Source of the DNA: Botryllus schlosseri
Taxonomy: Eukaryota
Assembly (NCBI GenBank): GCA_051294905.1
Contig: CM119371.1
Span: forward strand, 30,258,001-30,322,000
Length of the DNA stretch: 64,000 nucleotides
Reading direction: 5' to 3'
This document shows positions 38,501 through 49,100 of the stretch, one piece after another. Within the stretch, counting starts at the first letter, position 1. Every line of letters starts with the position of its first letter. The notes beneath the pieces were generated by a model that was not told where the DNA came from, ran no database searches, and saw only the letters and a program-made list of their open reading frames with translations. The position numbers were made by a program, and so were the translations under genes.

Positions 38501-39917
38501 GTTATATAGACAGTTAGAAACCATGCGAGTCGTCAAATGCATCGTGTCATCGTAAAAGCTGTCGCATTATAATTTAGCAGCTAGTGGGCGTTTGATGTGT
38601 GATAGCGATTCAGGTTTTTGGAGTGGTTTCAGAATGAAATTTCAAGTTCTCAAATCCGAAATCTGAAATTTTCGAGTTTAATATTGTCGAATGCTCGAAA
38701 AGTCAAAACGCCGACGTGGGCCGCAAAAACAGTTTTGGCGGGCCGCGTGTTTGAGGCCACTGTTCTAGACAATCAGCCGAGTTTGTGACACTGCTTTATT
38801 ACCAAAATAAGATATATGGCGCTACATAAGCCTTGATAGATGCTGTTCACAAATCCCGGGATTTCATCGGGACCAATCGGATCGGGATTTCCCGGGTTGC
38901 CAACGCTAGCTTTGGGTTACCTCTGTGTGAAATCGTCACAAGAAACGCGCGAAATAGTTACCACAGTCACCGCTGAAGAGATTTTGGAAGATTTTGTGTT
39001 GTCATATTTCATTTTGCGCTAGTCGCGAAGACGCATCTACGCAATTACGGAAGCAGTCACCAACGAATAACTGTTGAAAGTATATGCGAACTCTCGACCT
39101 AACCTACTTTTCGTGATCACCTGTTTGAGTACTATTCAAACCTATCAATTTATACTTACAATTGAAGACATGTCTTTAAAATCGCCTCCTCAAACTCATA
39201 ATTGAATAGCAACTTTGATTACTTTCACCTCACCTCTTCCACGCAATCCACCATGACACAGACGTGATTTAGTGCTACGATGATTACCGCATGTATACCT
39301 GTGATCAATCGGATCTCTACCGCGATACCATTATCATTGTAGATCTATATATACTATATATAGCTTATACAACCATAAGAAAATATTCAGCTTGTTTAAA
39401 TTAGATAAGGCTTACATTCATCGGTTTACAGTTTTTACGAATCAAACTAGAATTAGTATTAGTTTTCTCCAAATTAGATCAGAATTAAAATATCTGAATT
39501 CGCAGGAACTTAGAAATTGAATGAAATTTAGTTCAGTTCATATCATATCAAATCAGAGAATATTCTCATAATCATGAGAATGGCAAATGTCAGTACAGAA
39601 AACTTGGCTCGTTTCGCACTGTACAGTTCTCCCGTAGTATTTTCATGAAATCCGCAAATTCAATCAGAATTAGAGCATAGAAACATTTAGCAAAGTAGAT
39701 TAGAATTAGAATACCGTCATTTCGCTCTAATTAGTCTAATAGGAGAACAAATGGTAGTCAAATGTCCAAGTCTGGATGTAGGCTATATACAATGAATCTT
39801 TCAGCCGCAAAGTTTTGTCGGGACGTGCGGACGGACTGCCCATCTTACGCCGTTGAGAGATGCGCCGACACCCACTTCGCTGGCGTTTGTCTAAGGACGT
39901 GCGGGTACTGCGGCTGA
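2509..39917 (+). CDS. Mosaic trypsin-like serine protease: hydrophobic leader, ShKT, EGF, Ca-EGF, Tryp_SPc, 6xTSP1, Cys-rich module, ShKT. Exons: 2509-2546(?), 3405-3445, 3519-3632, 22676-22780, 25516-25677, 25736-25806, 27314-27396, 27552-27663, 28534-28696, 28763-28915, 29854-30048, 30985-31223, 33440-33608, 34788-35157, 35533-35615, 37116-37214, 39805-39917. Start codon not located
   Basis: Phase-consistent GT-AG exons: CVDQHSWCRANRNFC...DCPLTCGSC (ShKT); CSHNC...CTCYDGYKLRADGLTC and DIDEC (EGF); R-IFRG, VSAAHCF, SDIAL, NSGGP (protease); WSxWSxCSxxCGxG (TSP1); CRDVRTDC...VCLRTCGYC* (ShKT). AATAAA at 39958. The link of the 5' exons across the 19-kb intron is inferred. Confidence 0.8.
3519..3632 (+). 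CDS. ShKT-domain exon (phase 1-1)
   Basis: tacag|...|gtacgg; DGDGCVDQHSWCRANRNFCHLDTMSRDCPLTCGSCLPA has six Cys in ShKT spacing. Confidence 0.85.
3724..4140. mobile_element. Truncated copy of the TAGGGCTCTTCAAAAA hAT MITE family
   Basis: High similarity to 50147-50674; right TIR missing. Confidence 0.8.
5408..5635 (+). promoter_or_regulatory. Two tandem ~116-bp units upstream of the transposase with CRE/ATF-like (TTACGTCA) and CCAAT (ATTGG) motifs; candidate promoter
   Basis: GTTACGTCATACTGATTCA starts at 5408 and 5524; GATTGGCGGA and CTGATTGGTT motifs; ends ~50 bp before ATG 5685. Function is inferred. Confidence 0.5.
5685..8024 (+). CDS. EnSpm/CACTA-type (TnpD-like) DDE transposase with two N-terminal C2H2 zinc fingers, 779 aa, intronless
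   Basis: Uninterrupted ORF. N-terminal C-x4-C...H-x4-H twice. Motifs LYVDDLE, SADNLASH, ICRFC, DIMHDFLEG, KPKFHFMLHY and WSMRFESYH are typical of animal EnSpm transposases. Lies inside CACTG termini. Confidence 0.9.
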   Translation: MDWLCPVGGCVIMAFSSRAYLLSHLRGSHRSCRTYCCRMGSCNAMRTTYTSYRVHLYRQHATVQTSVPAIALVNNNDLLSGFYDELHPSEQSDEAGTLSASTASSVNFSDACLKLNLCMLEKFSLPRSVSRNIMLMFINLFEDFKDISQTELGQVVDQSQSEYIFRKSLLTLGLIEPIEKFPSEQRNLSYQYIPILRVLEQYISHKDVTDSMDRSFSNSSNGLLNNFCDGTLFFDHPFFKADRSLLRIHLYVDDLELCNPLGGSRVMHKLTCFYFVLGNVEMKYLSSLRNIHPVIIAKSAVVKKVGYAAILDPLYQDLKILETYGISVTLHNGQTNQFRGGLVTISADNLASHDLAGFRRSFSSGRICRFCMCHYHDLTRKFSEDMFQIRNSADHECHVRDVGNDPSLESVYGVRMGSPLSGLQSFNVIDGLPSDIMHDFLEGVAPGILQYIIDGLILDTMTKSDFIDLVQSFPYGRYEKRNKPHYKGNVSSLTATQTWCLFNHFGFIVGTYVTDGDDTWELYLMLSRISDIIFAKHLSTNMVNELDVLVVDFYKKVLECAPHVVKPKFHFMLHYASMIKKCGPISHLWSMRFESYHQIVKKISRNSGNFKNISFTVASRLQQRKCWEMTSANCLCDSPPNINIENILASTIPDCYAGLLGFQSFPEGMKIGSAKLYDDGCERYQCNGTYVVSEKDDCPIFCKVEYILLIRNQWKMLGKLLESSFYRHMHCYSVFETGLFHAFSPNELIYNRPFDVYSIGESRFIRLHHCVCFSDASNF
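8069..8170 (+). pseudogene. Truncated duplicate of ORF2 exon 1 (MRLLVKILDHDRTISVAGASEIKSAVYEVFEETE)
   Basis: Near-identical to the exon at 8558, including the upstream acceptor TCAATCCAG|ATAACAAT and a GTAAGA donor. Internally deleted; phase 0 rather than phase 1. Confidence 0.7.
8236..8440 (+). promoter_or_regulatory. Second copy (about 1.8 units) of the 116-bp promoter-like repeat, upstream of ORF2
   Basis: TTTGGTGAGAAATGATTGGCGG...AATTACTGAAAAGTTCGGCTG occurs twice; GTTACGTCATACTGATTCACTTTGG at 8328 matches 5408. Confidence 0.55.
8558..15295 (+). CDS. EnSpm accessory ORF2, SAMD3-like spliced protein (~598 aa). Exons: 8558-8789, 9650-9730, 10189-10269, 10737-10817, 11286-11366, 11422-11668, 11736-11838, 11907-12077, 12136-12351, 12409-12565, 12905-12984, 15029-15295
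   Basis: All junctions are GT-AG and phase-consistent (1797 nt total, no internal stop). Peptides WYPDRKQYHTALTYLVTKYPIL, SWSGPLITKFKEWRR, MKRTFRRRREDI...LEQYPLL and EALAVLLGVHWVFNIEFASQLKNSLTFM resemble SAMD3-like ORF2 proteins of animal EnSpm elements. The stop codon overlaps AATAAA. Confidence 0.8.
9600..11420 (+). repeat. Tandem array of ~548-bp units, each an 81-nt coding exon plus a MITE-filled intron (4 exon copies)
   Basis: Identical ORF-track peptides at 9870/10418 and 10003/10551 (offset 548). Exon starts at 9650, 10189, 10737 and 11286. Confidence 0.95.
13080..14532. mobile_element. Non-autonomous hAT element with GACTC/CAAGT subterminal arrays, in the last ORF2 intron
   Basis: TIR CAGTGTTGGG...CCCAACACTG; perfect TSD ATCTGAAT. 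Confidence 0.9.
13548..14269. mobile_element. Charlie-like hAT MITE nested in 13080-14532
   Basis: TIR CAGGAGTGTCAAA...TTTGACACCCCTG with GCGGGCCG subterminal motifs; TSD degenerate. Confidence 0.7.
15392..15545 (+). pseudogene. Degenerate fragment of the element's own transposase (copy of ~6220-6402)
   Basis: TCTAAGCTATCAATA.ATT..GATATTGCGTGTTCT.GAGCAATAT...CTTACTAAACAATTT matches the transposase CDS with indels. Confidence 0.8.
17004..20546. mobile_element. Degenerate hAT (SPIN/Charlie-like) element with rearranged transposase remnants
   Basis: TIR CAGGGGTCGGCAACC...GGTTGCCGACCCTTG; perfect TSD ACGTAGAC; transposase fragments on both strands (IASIFGSTYAC on -, ARVYELRNEI on +). Confidence 0.88.
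18554..19769 (+). mobile_element. Non-autonomous hAT element, CAGGGCCGTAAC family, copy 1
   Basis: TIR CAGGGCTGTAAC...GTTACGGCCCTG; perfect TSD ATTAGAAG; similar to 21496-22471 and 57193-58150. Confidence 0.88.
20590..20995 (+). pseudogene. hAT transposase C-terminal (dimerisation-domain) remnant, GTF2IRD2/EPM2AIP1-like
   Basis: Translates with frameshifts to FWCLVDTKKY...MFCSTYRCESAFADMNFIK..HRARLTDAHLEDSLRVA...PEYSALVNSMQCQVSH. Confidence 0.8.
21496..22471 (+). mobile_element. Non-autonomous hAT element, CAGGGCCGTAAC family, copy 2
   Basis: TIR CAGGGCCATAAC...GTTACGATCCTG; TSD GTTACTAT/GGTACTAT. Confidence 0.85.
25017..25277 (+). mobile_element. tRNA-derived SINE, family B (MetaSINE-like core) with (CT)n tail
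   Basis: A box TAGTGTAATGGT, B box GGTTCGATCCC, then GGTCATACCAAAGAC..AAAATTGGTAT...CCTGCTAGGCGCTCAG, ending in CTCTCTCT. Confidence 0.75.
31540..31802 (-). mobile_element. tRNA-derived SINE, family A
   Basis: Full-length similarity to 722-975. Confidence 0.85.
32505..33250 (-). mobile_element. Deleted hAT (Charlie/Buster) element with a transposase C-terminal remnant
   Basis: TIR CAGTGGTTCCCAACC...GGTTGGGAACCACTG; perfect TSD CTATAAAC; the - strand carries EELIDIQDDETAK. Confidence 0.88.
34404..34717. mobile_element. hAT MITE with GGGGCGAT subterminal repeats
   Basis: TIR CAGTGGTTCCCAAC...GTTGGGAACCACTG; perfect TSD ACCTAGTA. Confidence 0.9.
36310..36730. repeat. Interspersed repeat family (copies at ~22945-23275 and ~45770-45900)
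   Basis: Shared TTTTCAAGTTGT..AAATACTTT..AAAAACATGTTG..TTCGTCAAAGGAGCTATATT..TATGACGTCAC..TTGAATATTCGT blocks. Confidence 0.7.
37497..38033. mobile_element. hAT-like MITE with GACTC arrays
   Basis: CAGGGTTGTAA...TTAACACCCTG ends and many GACTCG motifs; related to ~31960-32434. TSD not clear. Confidence 0.6.
38049..38908. mobile_element. hAT element with CGGGAT arrays, containing a nested Charlie-like MITE (38243-38762)
   Basis: Ends TAGGGTTGG...CCAACGCTA; perfect TSD GCTTTGGG. Confidence 0.85.
39805..39917 (+). CDS. Terminal ShKT-domain exon with stop codon and downstream polyA signal
   Basis: TAKFCRDVRTDCPSYAVERCADTHFAGVCLRTCGYCG*; AATAAA ~40 nt downstream. Confidence 0.85.
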
Positions 39918-41734
39918 CATGATGCACCGACGACACGCTACGGATAACGGACATTTCAATAAATATTCGATTTGCTGCAGTGCAGTTGTTACTGTTTAGG
40001 TATATAGTTTATGTATGGCTCAATTGAGGAGGAAGCTGCATTAGGCGTACTTGCGTAGGATGACTGTGTATTAACGTTGAGCATGCTGTGGTATCCATGG
40101 AGATCTCTGGATAAGACTGCGGATCATGCGACGCAACAGAATGTTGGTTAAAGATAGGGCTAGGGCTGGGTTGGGTTCGGGTAAGTATTATTTAGTATTT
40201 GGGTTTGTAAAGTCACATACTCCAGTGTCACGTCGTCAACCGTCGATTTTCATTGATTCGCATATGCCCAAATGTCGGGTAACCCTTTGGTTAGAGGCAG
40301 AATACAAAACAAAATGCTAGCAAGCTCTGGAGAAGGCACTCAGGGGGAAAGTCCGAAACATATAAACACTTCCTATATAGTCTACGCATGCGGCCCGCGA
40401 GAGCATTTTGTGCGGCCCGCGACGGCATTTGGGAATTTCAAGTATTCAACAATATATTCAAGTGCAATATATCTTTTTTAGATATAAGAACTTATATTTC
40501 ACGCTAAAACTATTACAAAAATCACTGAAATCTCAGCAAACTTCACTAACACATCCCTTTTGAAAGCTACCATGTGGTAGAAGATAAGGTATTACGTCCC
40601 ATTTCTAGTTCATGATGATGAAGCATGAACCGTTGATGATTGGCGACTGAAAATTGTGATTTGGTTAGGTGCGACCTTCTCGTAAAAGTACTCGATTTCG
40701 GATTGACTGGGTGATTAAATAAAAATGACTCGAGTTGAGTCGGAGAAGGACTTGCGACTCGGAACGTTGACTTGGTAATCCTACGGACGCAACAATCTAT
40801 GAAACTGTCATGGGGGATAGTAATATATCGAAAGGTCGTAGCTTGCGCTGAGTGGGGTATATAGCTATCAAATCTGGTCAGTATGGCAACCGTTGGTGTG
40901 ACCACTGTGACGTATAGTTGGTTACATGTTAGCTGTTGTTTATTCTTTTATCTATGTTATTATCGGTGGCAAGTAAGGGTCATGGAGTAGTACGCTTTTC
41001 AGCTGTAACACCAATGAATTCATCGCCGATTGGACATTTCTATTTCAGAGGTTCTTAACCAGGGTCTGTAGAACCCATCGGGGTACCAAGCACCACATCA
41101 GGGTGTACGAGATGCATTGTGGAATTAGGCCTATATGCTGTGGAATATTTTCTTGGCCAATTTATTCAACTGGAAAATAATCTTCGCGCTCCGCGCGATT
41201 TTATGTAGATGGGCTTTCTTATTTTAATATAGGTATTATCAGAAATTGTGTGGAAAATAGACGGGGGCGACGATAAAACTTATTGGAAGCACGAGGTGTA
41301 CCATCGCTAAAGAGGTTAAGAAGCAATGCTATTACTATGGCTCAATATTGATTATATTTAAGTTGTTATTGATTTGTTCTTATAATAATCGAAGGCAAAA
41401 TCTAACGCTGATTTAATTTGACTTTGGAAATGACAGAAACAATAGCCTATACTTATCACGACTATATGAAAAGCAGGACTAGGCTACACCGCTCAAATGC
41501 TCTGATATCAGATCAATCTTCGATCAATTTTAAAATATTGAAATCGTGGCACGTCAAAGGTCCACTAGCTGCAGTATTATAACCCGAAGGTTTTACGATG
41601 TCATGATGTATCCTCTCGCATGATGTCTATAACTCAATAATTAAAAAAAAAATTATGCCCGGCACAAAAACAATTTTATTCAAATATTTAAACATGTGAT
41701 TTTTTCCCGCGTCAAGCGTGAATAGTGCAATAGT

Positions 41735-42008
41735 TTTTTCTGGGGGTATTCATGGTGTTTGTCGACTACTATGGTCATTTACACCAGGCCGATATTCTTT
41801 TCATTTTTCCGTAACTGCCGATTTGTAGCACGGCCCGCCTCTAGGCTTTTGTAAGACACCGCTGACGCAGATGAAGTGGCGAGGAGGAGCCTAGGTAAAC
41901 CTCCAACACTTAGGTATCGGAATTCGGAAGTCGACCGCGGTCGGACTCGAACCCGCACCCATTGGTGTTGCAGCCGCGGATTATACCACTGCGCTATCTC
42001 GCCACCCT
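41735..42008 (-). mobile_element. tRNA-derived SINE, family A, with 13-bp TSD
   Basis: A/B boxes on the - strand; flanked by direct repeat ATAGTGCAATAGT (41722-41734, 42009-42021). Confidence 0.9.
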
Positions 42009-43199
42009 ATAGTGCAATAGTAAATTACATTTCCACGATGTTTGTGGAATGCCTGTCCACAAGGTACCGTCAAATAACGCCTGCTTGGAAATTATACATT
42101 GAATATCCCTATTATTGATGCTGAGGCCTGCGGAGTCATCAAAACTATAGGAGATTGGCCCGCCAGCACATTTGAGTTTCAGACCTCTGCTCTACACGAT
42201 GCAGAGGACCTCTTAATACATATATCTGATCAGTGATCAATGATCGTTAGAGATACAACAATGATGCACCGAGACTTTCAAACACTCCGATAACTGTGGC
42301 AGTGCAACGTAAAAAGGACCATAGAGAGCAGTGCTCCTACACCATACACCGAGCACCAAAGCCTGTCGAAACGTGTGGTTATTTAGCATGTGAGGTATAC
42401 CTATGCGGTTATTCGAAACAAGGAATATGTAGAACTCATCCCTGATTCAGAAAGCTCAATTCTGTGATCCGGAAGATTCATGTCACCTTTACGATGATGT
42501 GCTAGATGCGGTTTCCCTTCGAAAGTTTGAAGCTGACTTTCGTTCGATGCCCTTTCTTTATGGCGTAATATACACGTGGTATAGACCGATTCAACGCAAT
42601 ATTCGATGTATAACTTGATTTAATATAGACCAGGCACAAGACTTACAAGGTTTTGTTATAAACCGCAAGCAATATCATGAAAAACAATAATCTGCATAAA
42701 ATGACACGTCGAAAATAGGCAAATACCAAGAGTAAACATATATCATTGATTAGACTTCCCACTAAATGGCAAGATCGCGAGTGTAGGTTACTACCGTCCA
42801 GAAAAAGTGGGAAATTCCATATGAATCATAATGAGGTATGAGGACAAAAGGCCGTCGAGAACATATAGGCCTGTGCACTTATATTCAACTCCTCAATATA
42901 TAATTTCTGTATTTGCAACCATTGCAAATTGAGGTAGAGCCACGGGGACCTGCATTCTACAGAGGAATTAGCCTTACTATAGCAGAGAAAGGGGGCATGA
43001 GTATTCGGAAGGTTATTTAAATTAGATAACAAACGTTTAATTATAGTGCCCAGACCTAGTTGCTTGTATTTGCTTCAATTTAAACGTTGGGAAAAACTTC
43101 TGGCAATGCTTGTCGGGTTAAGAAAAATTAGTGTTATTTTACATTCATATGATGTTAATTAATTTTATAGTAGGACTGGTTATTTCTGAATTTACTACC

Positions 43200-46100
43200 T
43201 CACTGAATATTAGTCTCCAACTCAATCACGCCTTTTTGATTTATACGCTCTTTCCTTTTTGGCGCTACTTCGTGATTTGAGACTGATTTCGTCATTTCCG
43301 TTCCCGTGAGTTCAGTCTGCTTCGACGTTTGTTTCGCGCTATCCTCGGACTGACTTCCTTCCTTACGTCTTGTCTTGTCGATTCTGTTTATTATATGCGG
43401 CTTTTTGATCGCTGCGAGTCTTTCCCACATGATATCGGGCAGGTCGGAATAGAGAAGCGGGTTTAAGGCACTGTTTATCGGGATGATAAGCAAACCGGCT
43501 GGTAGATAGGCGTCCATCGGAATGCTAACACCTGATGAAAAGGAAATTATATGGAATTATAATAATATCGTATATCAGTGAGCCTACCGATATTTTAGGA
43601 CAAAAATAATGGAATAGGAACATCGTATTTACTATTCAAATCCGTCGACGCTAGAAAACTGATGCATCAACTCGAATTTAACTTAGAAGGATGTTCAAGA
43701 CACTTACGAATGCGCCATTCTAATGCAGTCGCGGTTCTATCGTTAAAAACCGCAAAAACAGTGGCTCCTACGACGATATAAGTTGGCATATTTCTATGCT
43801 TCCTTTTGTTTTAGCCGTGATAAAGGCGTTGGCCCGGCGTATGCGGGATGAGGAATACAAGAGATTGAATGTCCGTACATATACGAGTATACGACTCTGT
43901 ATGAAAGTCATTCGGTGTGATATGCTAATATCTGCAGTGTATGCTTTATTTATATATAATGTTCTCCTGACGAGTATCAACAAATATTACCTGGCATATG
44001 TATTTGCAAGTATACATATCTTAATTTAAAAGAAGAATTCGTTCTTCATTAAATTCGGATAAGTAAAACATCAAATTTTTTAACACAGTAGAAATACCGA
44101 CTACCTTCCACGAGAACTAGCCGAGACGAAGGGTAATCAACAATACCGACGATCAAGGAGTCCTAACCTTTTTAGTCCGGTGGACCCCTTAGGGGTATAT
44201 TAAAGCCGAAATCCCCATCTATCAAGAAGATGCCTTCGATGACACAAAGATAATAATAATAGGCCTATTTGCGATTGCGTGCCTACATATGTGTCAGTAC
44301 CAGATTCCCACCGTACCATGGAGTGCAAATCAACCCATCTGCACTAACTGGTACCGATTTCTTTGCTGTATGGTAGACCTTACATGCTTTCAAACAGATT
44401 ATAATGATTGAACACGGGTGAAATAAGCAAAGTTTTGTTCCAAAACCTGCCGTTTACCTGATTTGCACCACAAGCTATAGGGATGTATGTCGCCTGTGTA
44501 GCCCAATCAGTTACAACTCCAACCTTACCTCCCAGTTTCAAGAAGCCCATAAGGCAAATAGGCATCCAGCATAAAAAGTCAGAGACCAGGATTCTTGTCA
44601 ATTTGCGTTGCATACGCTTGTTTTGGTTGCTACGCCTTGCCTGTACCGAGCTTGATTTTTCAGCAGCGTTGGTGTTTGTAGCACGTCTGCAATGACATTG
44701 ATCGACTGCGAAGTAGATTTACTACGCCAAACCATTAGTAATCTCGTATACGTGATGGAGAGACTAGGCCTACGTTAAATCTTCCCATGTGCCCAATTCA
44801 CATTTTACACGAAGACGGCAGTGAATAGTTAACTGCATGTATAGGCTAGGGGTATAGGGAACATTTCGTATGCAGTGTACCAAATGTCAGATATCAGCAA
44901 CTCTAGTAATATGAAATCATTGTTATCATTATATAATGAACAAAGAGACCGTTGCCGTGACTTCTTGTCGACCATCATAGCCATATGGATATATCGGCGA
45001 TAGACCCCTTTCGATGCAGTTGGATTAGGAAATGAAAGGTAGTTAAATTGGGAAATAGGAATATGGATTGTAAATATCAAGAAGAATAAGTATACATACC
45101 TATACAAGATGATGTAGGTTACAAGCATGAATATAAACGAAATGAAGTTAACAAGCAGTAGAAAGAGCGAATATCCCCAAGCCTTGTCTTCATGCCGATC
45201 TGGGAACAAGGTTGGAAGGCATACCGTATGACTCGAATAATATCCAAAATGGAACTTGACCGTAATGTTGGGATTTATATCTGCAACATCTTTCCTGATC
45301 TTGCTCCAAGTCGCGAAGCTATTAATAAAGATATGCTGCAATTGTCGCGTGATATGTGTCCAACGCTTTATATACCCACCCGGTGCCGTTGCTCCCAGTA
45401 TTTCGCATGGACAACAAACCAGTCATGTATTGCAATTCATTGTGGTTCAAGGTTTTAAATACCGGGTTCTCAGTGAATCTAAACAAATGAGATTGATGAC
45501 AGGTCATAGTAAAAGACCCAAGAACATAACACTCATCAAACTAGAGGTTTCCAGCTGTCCAACAACGAGGAATTGGAGCTGGATTTAAAACAAAAACTAT
45601 ATCTAGTGCAAGTCGTCCGAAGGTTCATACATGGCTTTGCAAAAGTATCTACACATTTATGACGCAATGGGTGTTCTGATGATGATGATTGTCGACCGTA
45701 AAAATCCTGCATAACGATGTAGTTCTGGTTAAAGATATCTGCGTCGGTTTATGACAGACGTCGCAAGCCTTTTTCGTCAAAGGAGCCCTATCTACCCTAT
45801 ATTTTCAATTGTCACTGATAAAAAAAACATGTTTTAAACAATAAGGGTCATGTTCAAAAGATGTTTGTTTTTAATTGATTCTTGTTTTAAATGCAACCCC
45901 ACGTATAATAAATTCTTACGTAGCCTGCTGTGTGTGAGTAGTGTGCTAAGAAAGCAAGTCGTCAATTGCACGAGTTAACCTTCCATGATTTATGTATTTA
46001 CGAATCTGACCCCCAATCACGAGCCTTAGCGCTCGCCAATGCCGTGTAAAGTAAAACGTTTTAGTGTACCATGCAGCGGCATTCAACCTTATTGAGCACT

Positions 46101-49100
46101 CGGACTAGTAACACTTCAAAACAAATGTTGCGGACCGATGACTCATCAACAATAAAACCTAACCCTACATTTAAAAAGGATACGTGCGTGAAACTCAAAT
46201 GTAATATTGGAAACTTCATTTAATGCTGCCTTTTTGATATTAAAAATTTCTACGCGGTTCTATTGAGGTTTCTGCAAGGTTAAGATCTCGAAATCCTGTT
46301 AAAGAACACTAACTTGATTGCAATTGTTCGGTCTCCTTTGAAAAAAATGTGGCTATTCTGTTTTCTTAGGTCTCTATTAAATTGCCAGGTATCGTGCAAT
46401 TGTGCTGTCAGAATTTGGCGAAGTTCGTCTGAAATTCTCCGCAAATTTCACAAATAACTTGTCCGGAACGAGATGTACGCTACTTTTAAACAGTTTCGAA
46501 CAACACTTGCACTATTGTTACGTACATTCAAAGTAGACCCTAAACTCTCTGTTTTGACACGATGCAGAAAAAATACCTTCCCAATTCATAACTCTATGTA
46601 AAAATCTGATGTTTTAATTTACTGATGGACAAGCGTTCAACTTCTCACATTCCGGAATTGAGATACCAAATTCCAATATATTTTTGGGGCCGGCAGGAAA
46701 CATGCCACGGACCGGCGGTTGAGAACCACTGGTGTAAACCCTCATCGTCTGTGCTTCTGCTCTGTTCTCCTACTACAAAACTTTTACAAAAATAAATTGT
46801 TGTGCGGCTTGCATCTCGGTGTCGCAACTATTCGGATTTTAATGATTGTACCACAATGGTTTAGTTGAAACTCGACGAAGCAAGCTGCCAAATGCTCCGA
46901 ACTGACACAACAACTTCCATATTCTTTACAGTTATAAACTGAATATCGGTAGTTACGGCTACCCCACTTGGGATCACGACCCGTAAATTGCCAACCAGTG
47001 GTCTAGATATAGGCCGGGGAAGATCTGAATACGAATGACAAATCTCCAGAGGTGGTCAAAGTAGTCACCGTCGCTACTCAAGTAGAAGTAGAAGTAACGC
47101 CGGAATTTCTACTCAAGTGGAAGTAGTAGTGCTTGTTCACAAGTAAGTAAGTAAGTAGGTATTATACGCTTATTTTTGCCTACAAAACTGAAAACTATCA
47201 AGTAGAAGTAGAAGTAGTCTAAAATCATAACTACTTAATAAGTAGTGCGAGTAGGCAAAATCTGCTTCAAGTACTTCAAAATGTAGAAGTACTTCGTTAC
47301 TGACCCCCTCTGCAAATCTCATATAGGAGAAATAGACTGCAAACTGTCGAGAAGATTGGCTAACTCGTAGAGAGGTGAAAGGCGATAAACACGATACAGC
47401 GTAATGTAGTGTCGGTATTTTAGCAATGACTTACGCAATGCTGCTCACGAAGTAGTCTTCAAGTTGAGGGAACAGCGGTATTATGCCGAGAAACACCGAT
47501 ATCACCCATGTTGTCAAAATCGCCACGATTGCGTGTCGCATATTTGGTTGCGCAAACGGCCTGGCAATTACAATTTACATACATCAATCCAATTCAACCA
47601 ATCGAAATTAATACACGATTATTGGGCTACTAATTGATCATTTGGACACACAATTGCGTAGGCCTACATTTGACCTGTACATTACAGTTACAGTTACAAA
47701 TAACTGTTCCTCGATAAATTTTCCATTTTGTAGTTCAAATAAAGTTGAAACCTCGTTTTTACCGCTATTGCAAAATGTTAGGCAATCAATTATGACGGAG
47801 ATCAACATATAGGGCTTCACCGATGGGTTGCGGGTTCTAGTCCGACCGAGGTCGACTCCAGAATTCCTACCCAAGTGCTGGAGGTTTATCTAAGCCCCTC
47901 CTCACCACGTGATTCGTGTATGCGGTGTCTTGAAAAGGCGTAGCAGTGGACCGTGCTACAAGTCGGTAAAAACGGAATCAAAATAGAGAATACCGGCCTG
48001 GATTAAAATGACCAACGTAGTCGTAACACCATGAATAACAAACAACAACATATGGCTGTGAAAAATCCAACATATCTTCTAAATATCTAATTAGACTAAT
48101 TACAGCGAAATGCCGGTAATCTAATTCCAATTTAATTTATGAAATGTTTCGATGCTCTTGATTTTAATAATTATTGTTGTTGCTCATTGTACAATGCACA
48201 CACATACACTATTCAATTCTTTTGCGACAGGACCATGAATACTGTAGTGTTCATTAGTCTTTGATTTTTTATTTTTGTGCGATTCGAATTCAACAAAATT
48301 CTTACTTCACGACAGATTGCAAACGATGAACTGCGATCTGAACCATTGTCAGAACGGATTGCTCCGAGCCGATCACAAGCAGAACTCCCAACGCGGAGCA
48401 AGCCCCGCTACTCCTCCACTCGCGATCCACCAGGCAATAATCCTCGTTCAGCAGGGTGGCTTTTATGCATACGGCTAACGTGTAAACCTTAATTTGTATG
48501 GCGAATAACGTTCATAAACGCATACTGCTACCACAGCAAGCATTTAAAATAACACGGATTTTAATGGTATTAAATATGACACCGCAGTTGCTATTACTCA
48601 AGTATCATTACGATATATATATTAAACGCGTCAGGACATGTCTAATCGCTCAGTATTGTAACCAGTATTGTAATTCAAGGGGGTTGATGCGTTTTCTGAC
48701 GATTGGTCGATGGTCGTTTTTATGAAAACCCGGGAATTTGGCAATTCATTTGACACCTTACGTTATTAATTAGTCGAAAAAGGTTTTACGAAAATTTGAA
48801 AAAACTGATCATCGCGGAAAATTTCTAGATAGGTAGGGAATATTAAGTATCGTTTGAACATCTGTCAACGCACCTGAAGTCGACTGATATTAATTGAATG
48901 ATATATTCATACTGAAATAAACCCTATTATTGTCGGCTGACACTCGTCAGTGGTAATCGTCAGCAGCTAGTAGAGAATTGGAAATAAGTTCCTGTCGATC
49001 ACCCCTGACTATTGTCAGCCGAAAATATTCGGGTTTATTTCAATATTAATATATTATTCAATTGTTTATTGAAGTTCTGTACCCCCAAGAAGCTCATTGT

